Shown piece after piece: positions 28,294-41,340 of a stretch of 64,000 bases of DNA. Location of the stretch: NCBI GenBank assembly GCA_951804945.1, contig OX638158.1, forward strand, positions 20,460,001 through 20,524,000, in the 5' to 3' direction. Source of the stretch: Podarcis cretensis. Its lineage: Eukaryota. The notes below the pieces were generated by a model. That model was given only the letters and a program-made list of their open reading frames with translations. It made no database searches and was not told the DNA's origin. Numbering within the stretch: position 1 is the first letter of the stretch; every line of letters begins with the position of its first letter. The position numbers and the translations under genes are program-made.

Positions 28294-28519
28294 CAGTGGT
28301 ACCTCGGGTTAAGTACTTTATTCGTTCCGGAGGTCCGTTCTTAACCTGAAACTGTTCTTAACCTGAAGCACCACTTTAGCTAATGGGGCGTCCTGCTGCC
28401 GCCGCGCCGCCGGAGCACGATTTCTGTTCTCATCATGAAGCAAAGTTCTTAACCTGAAGCACTATTTCTGGGTTAGTGGAGTCTGTAACCTGAAGCGTAT
28501 GTAACCTGAGGTACCACTG
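28294..28519. mobile_element. Tc1/mariner-type MITE
   Basis: CAGTGGTACCTC TIRs, TA TSD. Confidence 0.9.
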
Positions 28520-29049
28520 TACAGTAGTTTTTGTATTTTAATCATTTTTAATAGATGTATCTTAGTGATTGCAAACAGTTTTGTTGGACGACAGTTCTGA
28601 AAAGCAGCATATAAGCCTTTTAAATAAAAGAAGCAAGGCATTAATTATAAAATGTGTTCAGTCTTTAAAATGCTGCAAGACTTTGTCCCTCCTCACACCC
28701 TGCAAGCATTGTAATAAATTAACAATCACTCAGCAATCTATCCAAGGGTTGGCAACTGCCAAAGGCTCCTCCTTCTCTGCCTTTGGACATTAAAAAGTGG
28801 TGTGGAGGGGTGTAAAATATGCTACGCGAAAGCCATGCCATATGTTGGAAGGAACAGAAGCAGTACTGTCCAGTATTGTTTTATTTCAGGTAAGCTGTTT
28901 GGGGGATCCTTCTGAATCGAGAGGCAGTAGGGAAGTCAGAATCACATTTGACACTTGAACCATAAGGATGCAGTATTTTCATTCTCGTTACTTCCTTTGC
29001 TCTTCTCTCCCCCCCCCCCCCCGTTTATACTCCAGGGTGCTGAAGCCCA

Positions 29050-29135
29050 GAAGTCCACAGTCCACTTAATGCATCTGATGATGCAAGCTGCAGACTACAA
29101 AAGCTCATGTCACAGTAAATCATTTTAAGATTGGC
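29050..29135 (+). mobile_element. Decayed Penelope-like terminal repeat relic
   Basis: gcat-CTGATGA-...-cAAAAGCTC-atgt resembles the PLE hammerhead segment, with the GAAA core mutated. Confidence 0.5.
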
Positions 29136-32100
29136 TCAGGAACATGATGCAATTCTACTGCTGAAGTTAAGTTAACTGACCCTGGATGGGAAACCAACAG
29201 AAAACCGCATAAAGTTATTTGAAGAATACATGGCTGCAAACTATTATCACTAAAGTTTCTAGAACACTTTTTTTTAATTTTATTTTTGCTAGCACAGACT
29301 GACACTATAATCTTTTATAATTCTTTCTTCAGGTTTCAAACCATATGTCAGGAGAAAGGACTACAGCTCAGAGGGAGAATATATACTTTCCATGCTTAAG
29401 TTCCCAATTCTAATCCCCCATTGAAATATTATCAGGTATTCTTCCTGGTACCCAACTAGCCAACACGTCCAATGGTATGGGATGATCGGAACTGTAATCC
29501 AACAATATTTGGAGGGAACCATGCTGTCTGCCTCTCATAGATGCTCCAGTGATTCAGCTTTGTAGGTTCATAAAACATTAACTGCAAAATGGACCTTGGA
29601 TTTCTTATTCAAACAAGGCACTCGGTTTCCTCCAAAAGTTAAGTGCTAATTTCTGTTTACCCATATACAAATGACAATGCTAGAAGAACATGAACTTCCA
29701 TTCACTGCCTCAGTCATGGAGGGCAGAGGTCACCTGGTTCAAGATGACGCTGGAATGCTGACTCACTTTGCCTGTCAGCAACTGAAGTGTCAAAGCACGA
29801 CTCCTTTCCAAGCACGTTATAACACAGTCCCCCAAAGTTGTGCAAGGTCTATTAGAATTAGAGCAAGATTTTTGTTTCATCTGGCCAACAAAAATAGATT
29901 AAAATAGATCTGTTTTAATCTTCTAACCCCTTAAGTCCCCATATCCTGCTTTGAGACTAACCCTTTGGTGCTTTTTAATTGTCTCATTGTTGTTTTATTT
30001 ATTATCTAGAATAGCAGCCATCACCAGGATTCATGGAAAGGATGTAAATGATAAATGAGGCCAAACCTATGATCGGGGGGGGGGGGGGCAGGCAGCTAAG
30101 AGTCTATAGGATTCAGGAGAAGGGCCACCAGAGGGACCCTGGCACAAAACACAGCTTCCCGCCACAGTCCCACCATCCATAATCTGCAGGTGGTGAAGGC
30201 CCAAATCCAGACCCAGCTTCCTCTTCCCCCAGCATGATGCCAAACATGCCCTGAAACTATGCCAACCACTGCAGTTGAATGAACAATGAAAGGGTAGGGA
30301 AGAGAAGACTCTACCTCCCACCCTGGCCACCAGCAGCTCTCAGGGATTTGGATGTGGCAGTTGTTCCAAGGCTTCACTCACTCATTCCCAGATGGAACCT
30401 TGTGCTCATCAGTAGCTGAAATAACTACCTATTCTTGTTTATACTGTCTTCCCTTCCCTTCGTTCTCCTCCACTGCCTCCCATGTCAGATTCTGCTCTGC
30501 AAGCCCTCTCATGTAGGAACCCGTCCATTAGGGCTTGCAAAGCACCGTGCACATTGAGGAAGATATGCAATAAAGAAAACATTAATATGGACACTTCTTC
30601 TGGAAGCGAGTTTTCAATATTTCCCTTTTGATTCCCCCATTACACAATAATAAATCAAAAATAGCTTGCAAAAACAAACAAACCCAAGTGTGCCCTTGAA
30701 TCTCAACCCCGCCAATTAAATTTGCCAGGCCAATTAATCAACTAGAGCTTTATTATTTATTTATTCATCCATTCATTCTGAAATTGACATCCTGCCAACC
30801 AGCTAGGAATGGCTCTCATGGTGGCTATCAATACATTAAAAGCATTTATAGCGAAACAATATTTTTAAAACTGTACTTTTAAGCAAACAGCAAGCTCGTC
30901 TATAGTTTCCTTGAAAGGCAACCATTTAGTTGATTAATCTATCAATTAAGTCAATTAAGCTTGCAGCCCAATTGTAAGCAACTGATGTTTTGGTGGGAGG
31001 ACCAAGAACATGAACACATGAAGTTGTCTCATAAAGGGTCAAACTACTGGTCAAGGCAGCCCAGTTCTTCCTATTCTGACTAATGGGAGATTCCCCCAAA
31101 TTCTCGAGGCTCAAGAGAAGCTTTTTCTGGTTCTCACTTAACCAACCACACACTTTATTAACTAACTGTGCAATCCTGTACAAGTCTACTAAGGTGTCGG
31201 TCCTATTGAGTTCAATGGAGCTTACTGCCAGGTTAAGTGGGCAAATGATGGAAAGAAATCTTGAGCAGCAGTCAGACGCACAAACCATTTACTGAACTTC
31301 AAAAGCAGCTGGTGATAGAATCGTGGCCTTTGACTTGACTTCAGAAGGCCAACTCTTATAAAGTTTTGGAATGTAATGAACTTAATGACATCTGTACACA
31401 TTCTGCAAAACTGTAATATCCAACTTGATAAGCCAACCTGGCAAAGACAATCAGCAAGGGGGGGAATCTAACAGCATCTTTACTACTCATCAGTTTGAAA
31501 GCAAGTTAGCATATAAAAGGTAACTTTAGACCAATGGTTCTCCAACTTAGACACCTGCTGTGCTTCTTTGCATTTAGCCTTCAGGATACTGCAAATCTTT
31601 TGCAGTTCAGGAAACAGCAACAAGACTATTCACACTTACAAACAGTGAGAACTTCCTAATCAACACCACCATGTAAATGCCCCTATTTTCAGAAAGAGGA
31701 ATTGGAAATTACTCTAGTTAAAATTCCCAAAGGTCATACTATGCAAATCAACCCTGGTGCACCTTCAATGCTAGAGGAACCAGCAGGGTTCTATTTCTGA
31801 AACAAGCATGTATGTAAACGGAAGCCATATTTGAGATTGAGACCAAGACACACACTCAGGCTCCAGGTGGGAAACCAAAACCTTATTACAATAGCTTTGA
31901 TTCCGTCACAGATGTATACATTACATTAGATCATTTCATCACATAAATGGGCATCAAATTACTAAAAGTTACAATGTGCAACATATACAAAATGGCAATG
32001 CCAAATCAATTGTAAAGTTCAAAAATTGTATAGAAACAATTTGCTAATTACTGCTTTAAAAAAACAACAACTCAATGAGACTTCAAGTACATAACCCAGA

Positions 32101-34479
32101 TTCAGCTCCAGCAGTGCTTCAAAAGCAAAGTTACATGCAACTTAATTGCACCAAAACACAAAGAACTTCTAACTTTTTCTAATGAAGACTATGGGGAAGC
32201 AATTTCTGTGCTGGTACATTAACACAATCACCCCTTATCCCATATCAAATCCAACTGAATGCAATGAACACAGATGAAATCTATATTCAGGTAAGGATTC
32301 CTGTTTATGCATAGATCCTCTCAATGGAATCAGGGGCTACATGTTAAAGATTATGGCCCTAATCATTTGATTGCTTACCAGGTATTAGTACTCTGAAACC
32401 ATCCTGTTTCAAGTCAAAAATGTCATCCACACAGCAAGTGTACAATTAAGACTAAATGAAAACTCGCCACCAGCTCACTCAATAAGTGGCAAATTAGTTT
32501 TTTTAAAGAGCATGCAAAGAATTTAAATGAGGCTGATCTCAACTTCAAGCAAAAGCTGAATAATTCTTTATATCCATTGCTTTTGAAAATTTAAGAACAG
32601 TTCACCATCATGAGTCAGCCTAGTTAAGACAAATATCATAAAAAGCATTTCAGAATTTCCTTGTGTCAAGTTAATAACCCTGAATTAAGGAAAGTACGGA
32701 GCAGAAGCTATTTTCATTCCAAAAACTTTACTAAAATTATTAAATTCAGCTTCAGAATTGGCCAAAATGCTCATGCAAAAGGTAAGCAGGTAAATAGCTC
32801 AGGAGTGGGGAGACCTGTTTACTTCCAGATGCTGCTGGACTACAACTCCCATCATTCCTGACCACGGGCCATGCAGGCTGGGGCTGATGGGAGTTCGAGT
32901 CCAACAATACCTGGAGGACCACAGATTCTCTATACCTGAATTACCACTTTAGCAACAATAGTCAGCTACTTTTATTTCACATACAAATGGATCCCGATTA
33001 AGTTTGAATACAGCTCTCCCTTTTTCTTTATTGGCTAATCATCATACTGCAGAATCTGGAGAGTTTTCTGAATGATGCACAATTTAATTTTAACCTACTT
33101 TATTTTCAGAGATGCAAGTGCCATGTATCCAGCACAGGTCAATTTTAAAAGGTGTCTTTGTAGTTTCTTACAACCCCCTTTCTATATTTTGATAGACTTT
33201 CTCCTACTTCCACAGCTAGCTATGCGGAGAAAAGCCTCTGGCATCTCTCCAGCTTTAAACCAGTTACAACTTATTTTTGACAAATCCTATTGAAATCACT
33301 CTAAATCATATGAGCAGTATTTTTAGCAGAATGCAAATGCAACAAACACTTTCAGGATTAGGGATGATGGAGAGACTCGTTTTTTTAATCATTCTCAAGC
33401 CAACTATTCCAGCTAAAAGGACAATATATGCAGATATCTGATGAGGGGGAGGGAGACTGGTCTGATAGATAAAAACATTGGGGGGCTTCATCAAATTGGT
33501 AGCTAATGCAAAATAATGATTTTTACTAGGAACTATTGATTTCACTGGATTGTATGGATGACAGCCTATGGGGAGGGAGTGGATTTTTCACTAGACGTCT
33601 CTTAAACACATTTCCTCACCAGAATTTTCTAGATTAAGCTTGTGTACATAGCCGTGTCTCTTAACTTTTGTAGGTTGCCTGATACAATGACTAGCACAGA
33701 ATGAGTAATATTAGCAGTGATGAACCTCAGCATGGGCCCAAACAGTATCACAAGCTTACCTGCAATTTGTAATGCATAATTCACACTGTTATGTAAAGAG
33801 CTAGAGTGGTGTAATGGTTAAAGAGTTGGGACTAGGGCCTGGGAGACCAGGGTTCAAACACCTTGAGTTCCTTGGATAAAAGGTGGAATTAAAATGTAAC
33901 AAAATGTGTAAATAAATACCTCTTATTGCCCTTCCAAAAATAATAATATATTTTAAAGAAACCTAAAGCTATGGTACAAAAAAATAAAACAAAACATCTT
34001 AAGATATGTTTTTCCTTTTGTAACTATCTAGCCAGCCAAAATACAAAACTGAAATATAAATTAGCATCATTCTGTCAGCTGGCAAAAAGGAGTTTTAATT
34101 TGGCTATCTAATCCCAGCGCACAGTGGCTTAAAGCAACCCTTTCCCAGCCCTCCAGAGAACAGAAGAAAGCACTGCAGTCTCCCAAAGTAGTTACAAAGG
34201 TAGCTTTCCCTGCTCTTTGGACCCAAGATAGCGGTCATTCGAAGGGGAGGCGATTGCAACATTCAAGACCTTCGCAAGCGCACATTATCTAAGGCCTGGT
34301 GGCAGCACAGGGCACTGGGGGGTGGGGAACAGGGAATAAAGCCTGAGCCGCGAGGAGGAGGACTGCACTGAAACGTGGGTCCTCCCGGCAGTGACATAAC
34401 CGAACCTGGCCACTGCAGTCTGGAAGCATCACGATTTTGGGAAGCGGGTGGAGGACGAAGAAGAAGAAAAAAGGGGCAG

Positions 34480-35600
34480 GGAGAGCCAGGCTGGCTACTC
34501 AGATCTGGAGATCCGTGCATGGAAAAGCAATGCGGAAGGCGCTTGCGGAAAGGAGCACCATCGGGGTGTTTGGAGGAGGGCTCCTCCTGAGCTGTTGCGG
34601 GAGCGGGCGAGGGAAATAAAAACAAAAAGGGCGCTGCGAACACAATAAGTAAAGTCTCCAGCAATGGAGCCTCGGGCGGCGTGTGCGCGGGGCCTGGTCG
34701 GACCCCCGCGCTCCAACCCGGGCGCAGATGGAGACCGCGCGCACGCGGCCACCGAGTCGTCTTTTGCTCTCTCCGCCGGGGTGGGCGCAGCGCAAGCGGA
34801 GCAACAGCCCGATCCTCAGGAGCAGCGCACAGCCATTGGAGGGGAGGGGATGCGAGCAGGCTCCGTGGGGAGGCGCTAGGGAGAGAGGGAGCAAGGCAGC
34901 GGCGGATCGGGGCCGAGCAGGGGCTGTGTGCCTCGCAAGGAGAAACGGGGACAGGATCAGACCCTCCCCCCCCAGCCCCTGTCTTTGTCTCCCTTTCCCT
35001 CCTCGGCTTACCCGCCAGCTCGTCCGGCTCCAGCCCGCTGTCGGCATCGATCCCGCACAGCACGAAGTAGTGCGCAAAGCGGCAGGGCGCCGAGCCCGAG
35101 CCGGGCCCGGGGGGCGCCGCGCTGCCGCTCATCCCTCCGCCGGCGTCCGCGATCTCTCTCGGGCAGGATCCCAAGCAGCAGGGGCAGCGCCGCTAACGCA
35201 GCAGCACCAGCAGCCGCGCTCCTTCCATGGCGCAAGTCCGCCCGGGTGGCGGCCTCCTTCGCCGAGGGGCGCACGGCCGAGCGGGAGGAAGACGAGGTCG
35301 CGGCGCCGGCGGTAGTGGCAACAGCAGTGGCAGCGGCGCCCCTCGGTCAGCTGAGGCTGCAGCCGGCGCTCGAGCCCCGCTAGGCACCGTCCCGCCGTCG
35401 CCTCTGCCGCCTCCCCCTGCCGGTCAGACGCTAAGCCGCGCCGCGGGAGGGAGCAGGAGCGCACCGGCCCGCTTCCGCCCCGCCTCCTCGGCGGGACATT
35501 TAAACCACGCTTGGCGCACGAAGCGAGGCTCGGCAACCCAAGGCCGGGATTGGTTTGGTTCTCAGCCGCCTCCCGAAACGCGTGAAATTTTGCTTGACGG
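34480..35600 (-). promoter_or_regulatory. CpG island / DENND5B promoter and 5' UTR
   Basis: Very high GC and CpG density against an AT-rich, CpG-poor background. GC boxes (CCGCCCCGCC ~35475-35484) and a CCAAT box (ATTGG ~35549-35553) lie upstream of the exon. Confidence 0.85.
35012..35132 (-). CDS. DENND5B: DENN domain-containing protein 5B (Rab GEF), first coding exon; remaining exons lie left of the window
   Basis: ATG at 35132-35130 gives [40 protein letters not shown](G), matching the recognised N-terminus of vertebrate DENND5B. Phase-1 donor G|GTAAGC at 35011. Lies in a CpG island; adjacency to ETFBKMT matches known amniote synteny. Confidence 0.95.
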
Positions 35601-36892
35601 ACCACCTGAATTCTTTTCCTGCCTGTTGTAGCAATTACAATGCGCTGTGCTAGATGCTGTAAGGTTTTTAATTGTATTTTTAGTGCCTCTCCTGTTTCTC
35701 TGCTTGTTGCATTACCATTTGAATCCCATAGAATACAAGGTATAAGAAGGAATCGGAATACAATTTAAAATCATGAAGAATATTAACTACAGGCTTGCTA
35801 TGGATCATCTGAGTGAAGCAAATACTGTATGCACAAGGAAGAAGTGAAGATGCACCGAGCTAACAAAACAAGAGTGATCAAGAAGCCAAAGCAGAGAAAA
35901 TGACTCCTGCTAAGCTGACCAGAAGCAGGGCAGATCCAGAAGGCCGAGGGCAGGATGGCTCCTTCCCCACATATCTGTCCACCAAAAGTGGCAAGTGAAG
36001 CTCAGACAAACGCAGAGACATGAGAGACAGGCAGGCAGACAGGCAAGATAAAAAGGCTGGAATGGATCTGCGGCTTTTGTCTGCAGAAAACTGCCCCCCA
36101 TGGATCCATTCCAGCCTTTTTTTCTGCCTGCAGCTCACTTGATCCCTTTCAATAAATATATAAAATTAGAGTATGTTTTGGACACACTTGGCACACCCCC
36201 TGAGCACACCTGGTACAGCCCCAAAGGGTTGTTTAGGTGCAACATGATTTTAACGATGATCACACTTAGGAATAAAAAACTAAGGGTTTTGCATTCCAAA
36301 ATAACCTTGGGTCACTCCCGATTACATTTCTGTACATCCTAGTACAAGAGTCGGAAACCTTTTTCAGCCTGAAGGCCACATTCCCTTCTAGATGTTGGAA
36401 GATGTTTGGTGATACCACAGGAAAAGGCACCGTTTCTTAATTCTAAGAGCATTATTTGGCTGGCTGGCTAAAGATTTTTAATCATGCTACTTAAGTAACC
36501 TTAGCAATGCCAGAATATCTCTGCTTCCTATGGCCAATCTTTTGCCTTGATTTGATCAAATCACTTAATCTCAGCAATTATCAAGTTGAGTGATTTGATC
36601 AAATCAAGACAAAAGATTTGTTTTCATATTGCATATGTAATCAACTTACCAGTGCCAGGTTGTCTGTGCTGTCTTCTTTTTTGCAAATGGTTCCCTGCCC
36701 TACTGTTAATACAATCACCTCAGCATTTATTACCCATTTAGAAGGTTACTGTAAAATATTAAAGGCACACCTATTCAACATATATAAATTTAAGCTTTAA
36801 TTATCACTGATTGTACCTTTTGTATCCCATTGCTATTCAAATCCCGCCTTACAATTTTCCCTTTATATTCCTGGCTGCTAAGATTTCACATA

Positions 36893-36955
36893 ATGCTTCT
36901 GATGAAGTGAGGTTGAATTTGTTAGTCTCTTAAAGCACTGCAAGGCTCTTTGCTA
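36893..36955 (+). mobile_element. Decayed Penelope-like relic
   Basis: gcttCTGATGAagtg...ttgttagtctcttaaagcactgcaaggctctttg parallels the right arm of the 60.5-kb element. Confidence 0.45.
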
Positions 36956-37268
36956 GTTTTTACTTTGCTTTGTAAGCCCTCTTGCAATAGGACTGCCATT
37001 GAGGTCAGGGAAGAATGCACCTCCTCATACTGGATTGGTTGGCAGTCTGTTCTGTGGCTGTGTGTGGCAGTTCCCTTCCTATGTGTAGTCTGATGTATTT
37101 ATAGGACTCCTTTAAAGGGCTATCACAAGTTGCTGAACATCTACACCCTTGTTGTTGCCTACAGCTGTGTGAATTAGATTCTCTGGTATGTATTAAATCA
37201 CAGTTTAGGACTAAAAGCATGCCAGCTGAGAGCAGTCTCTGGGAACTAGCTCATGGGCACATGTGTTC

Positions 37269-37532
37269 TGTTAAGTTGTAGGTGAACATATCAGACGATA
37301 CAGCGATTCTTCAAACAGCTCTTGTTTATTCACAGGCCAGGCCAGAACTGAACTGAAGGGTTCAGCCACCTTGCTTATATAGAGCTCCACTACAATGCAA
37401 CAGTAACTACTTCCTGTAACTATCCAATCACCGAACGTCACTTTCAATCCCTTATTTGCATATGTGGACCTGAGTGAAAACTATCTACAGTATCCCCCTG
37501 CTGGTCCAGGGTGAGAACTTCAGTACATAACA
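37269..37532 (-). mobile_element. Solo LTR, 264 bp, 5-bp TSD
   Basis: Termini TGTTA...TAACA; TSD TGTTC at 37264-68 and 37533-37; minus-strand TATATAAG (37381-37374) followed by AATAAA (37330-37325). Confidence 0.85.
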
Positions 37533-38511
37533 TGTTCCAAAACTGAAAAGAGAATGGTGAACGTGGAAGAGGGAAACAGGTCTGGTGTGTGGTCGGGAAG
37601 ACCTTGGGAATGTCAAATATGGGAGTGGAGCTTTGAACACAACCTCAAGCTACATTTAATGGCAAGACACATATTTGAATGTCTAAAAGGAGCACACCTA
37701 GAAAACACCTCTGTCTGAGACATAAGAAGAGCTTTACTAGATCAGGCCAAGGATTCATATAATCCAACATATTGTTCTTATGGTGGCCAACCAGATGCCT
37801 ATGGAAAGCCCATAAGCAGAAGCTGGATTCAACAACAAGTAGGAGGGGGAAGAAGAGGGGGAGAGAGGGGGGGAAAGAGGGGGGAAGAGAGAGAAGAGAG
37901 AGAAACAAGTAGGAGCAGTGGAGTTAAAGATGCTGGGGAGCAGCTGCTAGACCAGGCAGATAGGTCCTGAATTAGATTGGCTTTCCATTTTATTCTGTCT
38001 GAATTTACTTCCACGTGTAAAAAAAAAAGTAAACCCACTTAGGGAGAAATGGGCACTACAGTATTGAACACATTGGGACTTACATTTGAATAAACATGCA
38101 TAGGATCCAATGCACACTTATCTAAGAGTGATAATGTTGAATTTAATTCTAAGTAAACCTCAGGTGTGCAATGAATGGCTCAATCAATTCTAAGTAAACC
38201 ACTGGCTCAATCATTTGCACACTTAGGTTGGCCTGTTGTCTTACTTAAGTGGGTTGTATTTTGAGTAAATATGCAAAGCTCTCTTAGCTGTGTTAGTCAC
38301 ACAGCTCTTTGCATCCTGGCCCCTCTGAACAAGCCAAGTTAAGCAGGGCCTCTTGTCTGAATCTAGTCACCATCTTTACAGGTATTTCAGATTGCAACAT
38401 AACTAGAGTTGGGTGTTCTTCATAGCACGAGAGTATTTCATTTTTAAATATGAGTTTTTCTCAGCAAGAAAGTTGCCCCTGGAAAAAAAGTTTATTTCCA
38501 AGGGTTTGGGG

Positions 38512-38851
38512 CAGTGGCAGAGGAAAGGGCATGCAGGGGGTGCGGGTTGTCCTAGGTGTCATCACTGGAGGGAGGGGTGACAAAATTAGTTTTTTTTAAA
38601 AAAAATGGGCTCATGAAACTTTTTAGGAGTGACGTCGTGGCTTAGGCGCCTGCAGGTTCCGTGCTGCCTAAAACGGCAGTGTGGGATCTGCATCTGCCTA
38701 CTGCCTCTCCCTCAGCCACCCTACAGCTGAGGGGGAGGCAGCCGAGATACTCCAAGCATCCGAAAGGCTCGCCCCCATGGGGGGCTCGCCCTGCACCTGA
38801 CTGCAGGACACGCCCCCACACCAGGCACCCGAGTGGCTAGCTACACCACTG
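38512..38851. mobile_element. Non-autonomous DNA transposon (hAT-like)
   Basis: Ends cagtggcag / ctacaccactg; degenerate 8-bp TSD GTTTGGGG/GTCTGGGA. Confidence 0.6.
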
Positions 38852-38964
38852 GTCTGGGATATTTTCAGATTCACGAAGATCAGCATCAGAGGCTCTTGTG
38901 CCTTTGTCAGGTATCAAGCACTCAGCCTTTCCTGTAACGGCACTGCCATCTTTCCCTGCGTAAA

Positions 38965-39465
38965 AAACCCCCCTATCAATTCTTCCAAGACAACAATGCT
39001 CACTTACACCACAAAGAACTCATAACTCACCTACTTTCAGCAGCCAGAAACACCATAACCAGACACTGGAGAGACCTGTCAGGAGTAAACATGGACCAAT
39101 GATACCAAATAGTATGGGAAACAGCCCTACTAGAAAAATTAGCCAATAAACTGAAACTGACACGGGGACAAATAGAAGACGACATCTTCACCCTGGTATG
39201 GCTCCCCTTTATCACACACACAGCCCAACAAGACAATGACAAAAATCCACCAACAGCATACAAATCAATATGGCTAACCTGATCCAAAACACCCACCCAC
39301 CCCACTCACACACGAAAACAAAGACCACCACAGCCGACCACAAATGAACAACCACACCCTAGGCCAACCCCAACCTCTCTCACCAACAAAGGAACACAAG
39401 TGAACAGCAAAGAACCTGCACAAGCAACGCTGACACAAAACCCTACATAATTTTAAAAAAAACCC
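38965..39465 (+). mobile_element. L1/Tx1-type LINE 3' fragment
   Basis: Plus-strand frame LITHLLSAARNTITRHWRD...VWETALLEKL...VWLPFITH is typical of the L1/Tx1 ORF2 C-terminus; A-rich tail follows. Confidence 0.7.
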
Positions 39466-39771
39466 ATCAATTTTGCACTGTTTTATGCTGTCTCCTTTCG
39501 TTTTAATGTTGATGATGCATATGAAGCTGCCTTATACCAGGACATCCTATTGTCTATTTGGCTCAGCCTTGTTTGCTCCAGCTGGAAGTTGCTGCCAAAG
39601 TTTCTACAGAGATATTTCCCACCATCTTTCCTATGCAAAGGATGTATTCTTTCATGGTGCTATAACCATGCTGAAGGAAGAGAGCAGGGGTTTGGCTGGA
39701 GACTGATGTATTTTAAAGTCAGTGTCATTCTTGCCATAATTGCAATATACTCTATATATTTTTCTTTTGAA

Positions 39772-39816
<45 letters not shown>
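39772..39816. repeat. (AAT)15 microsatellite
   Basis: Direct reading. Confidence 0.97.
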
Positions 39817-39817
<1 letters not shown>

Positions 39818-41340
39818 GGGTATAGATAATTTTGCAAACAGGAAAGGGAATGTGCTCAGTTAACACACAAAAATGCATGTTTACTTTGGAGCAAGTTACA
39901 CTATGTCCAAAGCGGTTTGCTTCCCATCACATCTGTTTAGGATTGCAGCCTAGTTTTGGGATTGCACCTCTGGAACTAGAAAATAATAGCATAACTACTT
40001 ACTGCTCAACTCTATTTTGGCAGCAGCATCTTTTGTATTATAAATTAACATCCACTCCTGGATTAACCTTTTGCCTGCAATAATTATCAGCTCCATTCAC
40101 ACACTCATCTTTGATTCATGGCCAGTTCTTGGACAGATGGAATAAGAAGGTTCAGCTATAGAGACATTTTTTAACCCAATTAATTGCCTTTTTTATTGCA
40201 GTGACTTATTTCCTCCTTTGAATTTTCAGTTCTAGCTTTCTGCATTAATAATAGCATTTTTCCTTAATCTCCTCTGAAGCCTTTACCTTTCAGAAGCTGC
40301 CAGTCTAAACTGGGTCAACAGCTGACACATATATTAAAGTCTTTTTGGTTTTGCCATAAAGGATCAGACCATTTGTCAATCAAGCCCTATCTCATGCACC
40401 CTAGAAATAGTTTTTTAAAAACCCATTTTTAATTGTAATGCCATACAACTGGGAGTAAATCTTTCTATGTTCACCAAGGCTTACTCACTGATAAATTCTG
40501 AAAGCAATTCTAAACTTAGTTATTTGTCAGTTTTCCAGTGATGAGGACCCTGTCCTTTGGTTTCAGCCAAGAACAAATATATCTGACAAGTCAAGACTGC
40601 CCCACCTCTTAATCTTTAAGATTAAAGTTGTACCCAAGCAATTCACTTTATATTTGACCCTATAAACCAAGCAAAGCACCCAAGGTGGCTGATACCCAAC
40701 TCTTAAGGAGCAAAACTTTTGCCTGCAGCCACAATCCTTAATTTGTTGAAATGTAGAAGGCATGCTAATGATAGGACTAATGCAAGCTTCTCTAGAAGCC
40801 TATGTTGAAAAACTGCTAAATGTAGCCAATTTGAATTTGTTTTAGCCACAACACAAAATCAGTATAAAATACATTATGAAAGCAGTTGTGTTTGGTCACA
40901 TCCATACCATACATTTAACACACATGGTTTCCCCCAAAGAATCCTGGCAACTGCAGTTTGCCCTTCACACAGATACAATTGCCAGCACACTTAGCAAACT
41001 ACAGTTCCCAAGATTCTTGTGAGGGAGTGACCCATGCGCTTTTAATGTGTGGTGTAGACATGACCTTAGTTGTAGAGCTTTAAACGATGTGCAGCTAGAT
41101 GCATAAACCAGCCACCTTTGACACAGTGATGCTGGAAAAAATGGAAATTTAAATAGCCGTTACCAAAGTTCAGACTGAAATATAGACACCAGTCTGTAAT
41201 CGGAACAAGGAGCGGTTTAGAGCTGCAGCAGGAGCACCTGCTATTACCCTAGGGAACAAGGATGAGTCCAAGGCCTTTTAAATGCTGCTGGACTCCCATC
41301 AGACTCAGCCAGCAGGACATAAGACTAGGAAAGAGTTGTA

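Noticed and set aside
1-35011. Further DENND5B coding exons (e.g. ENFDQSPLRRTFKSKVL)
   Set aside because: No such peptide was seen; they presumably lie left of the window.
34263-35631. Several long overlapping ORFs (up to 303 aa) in the CpG island
   Set aside because: Stop-poor GC-rich sequence; only 35132-35012 matches DENND5B and it ends at a canonical donor. The 303-aa ORF starts at TTG and runs into the intron.
39550-39878. Poly-Asn/Ile/Leu ORFs
   Set aside because: Translations of the (AAT)15 microsatellite.
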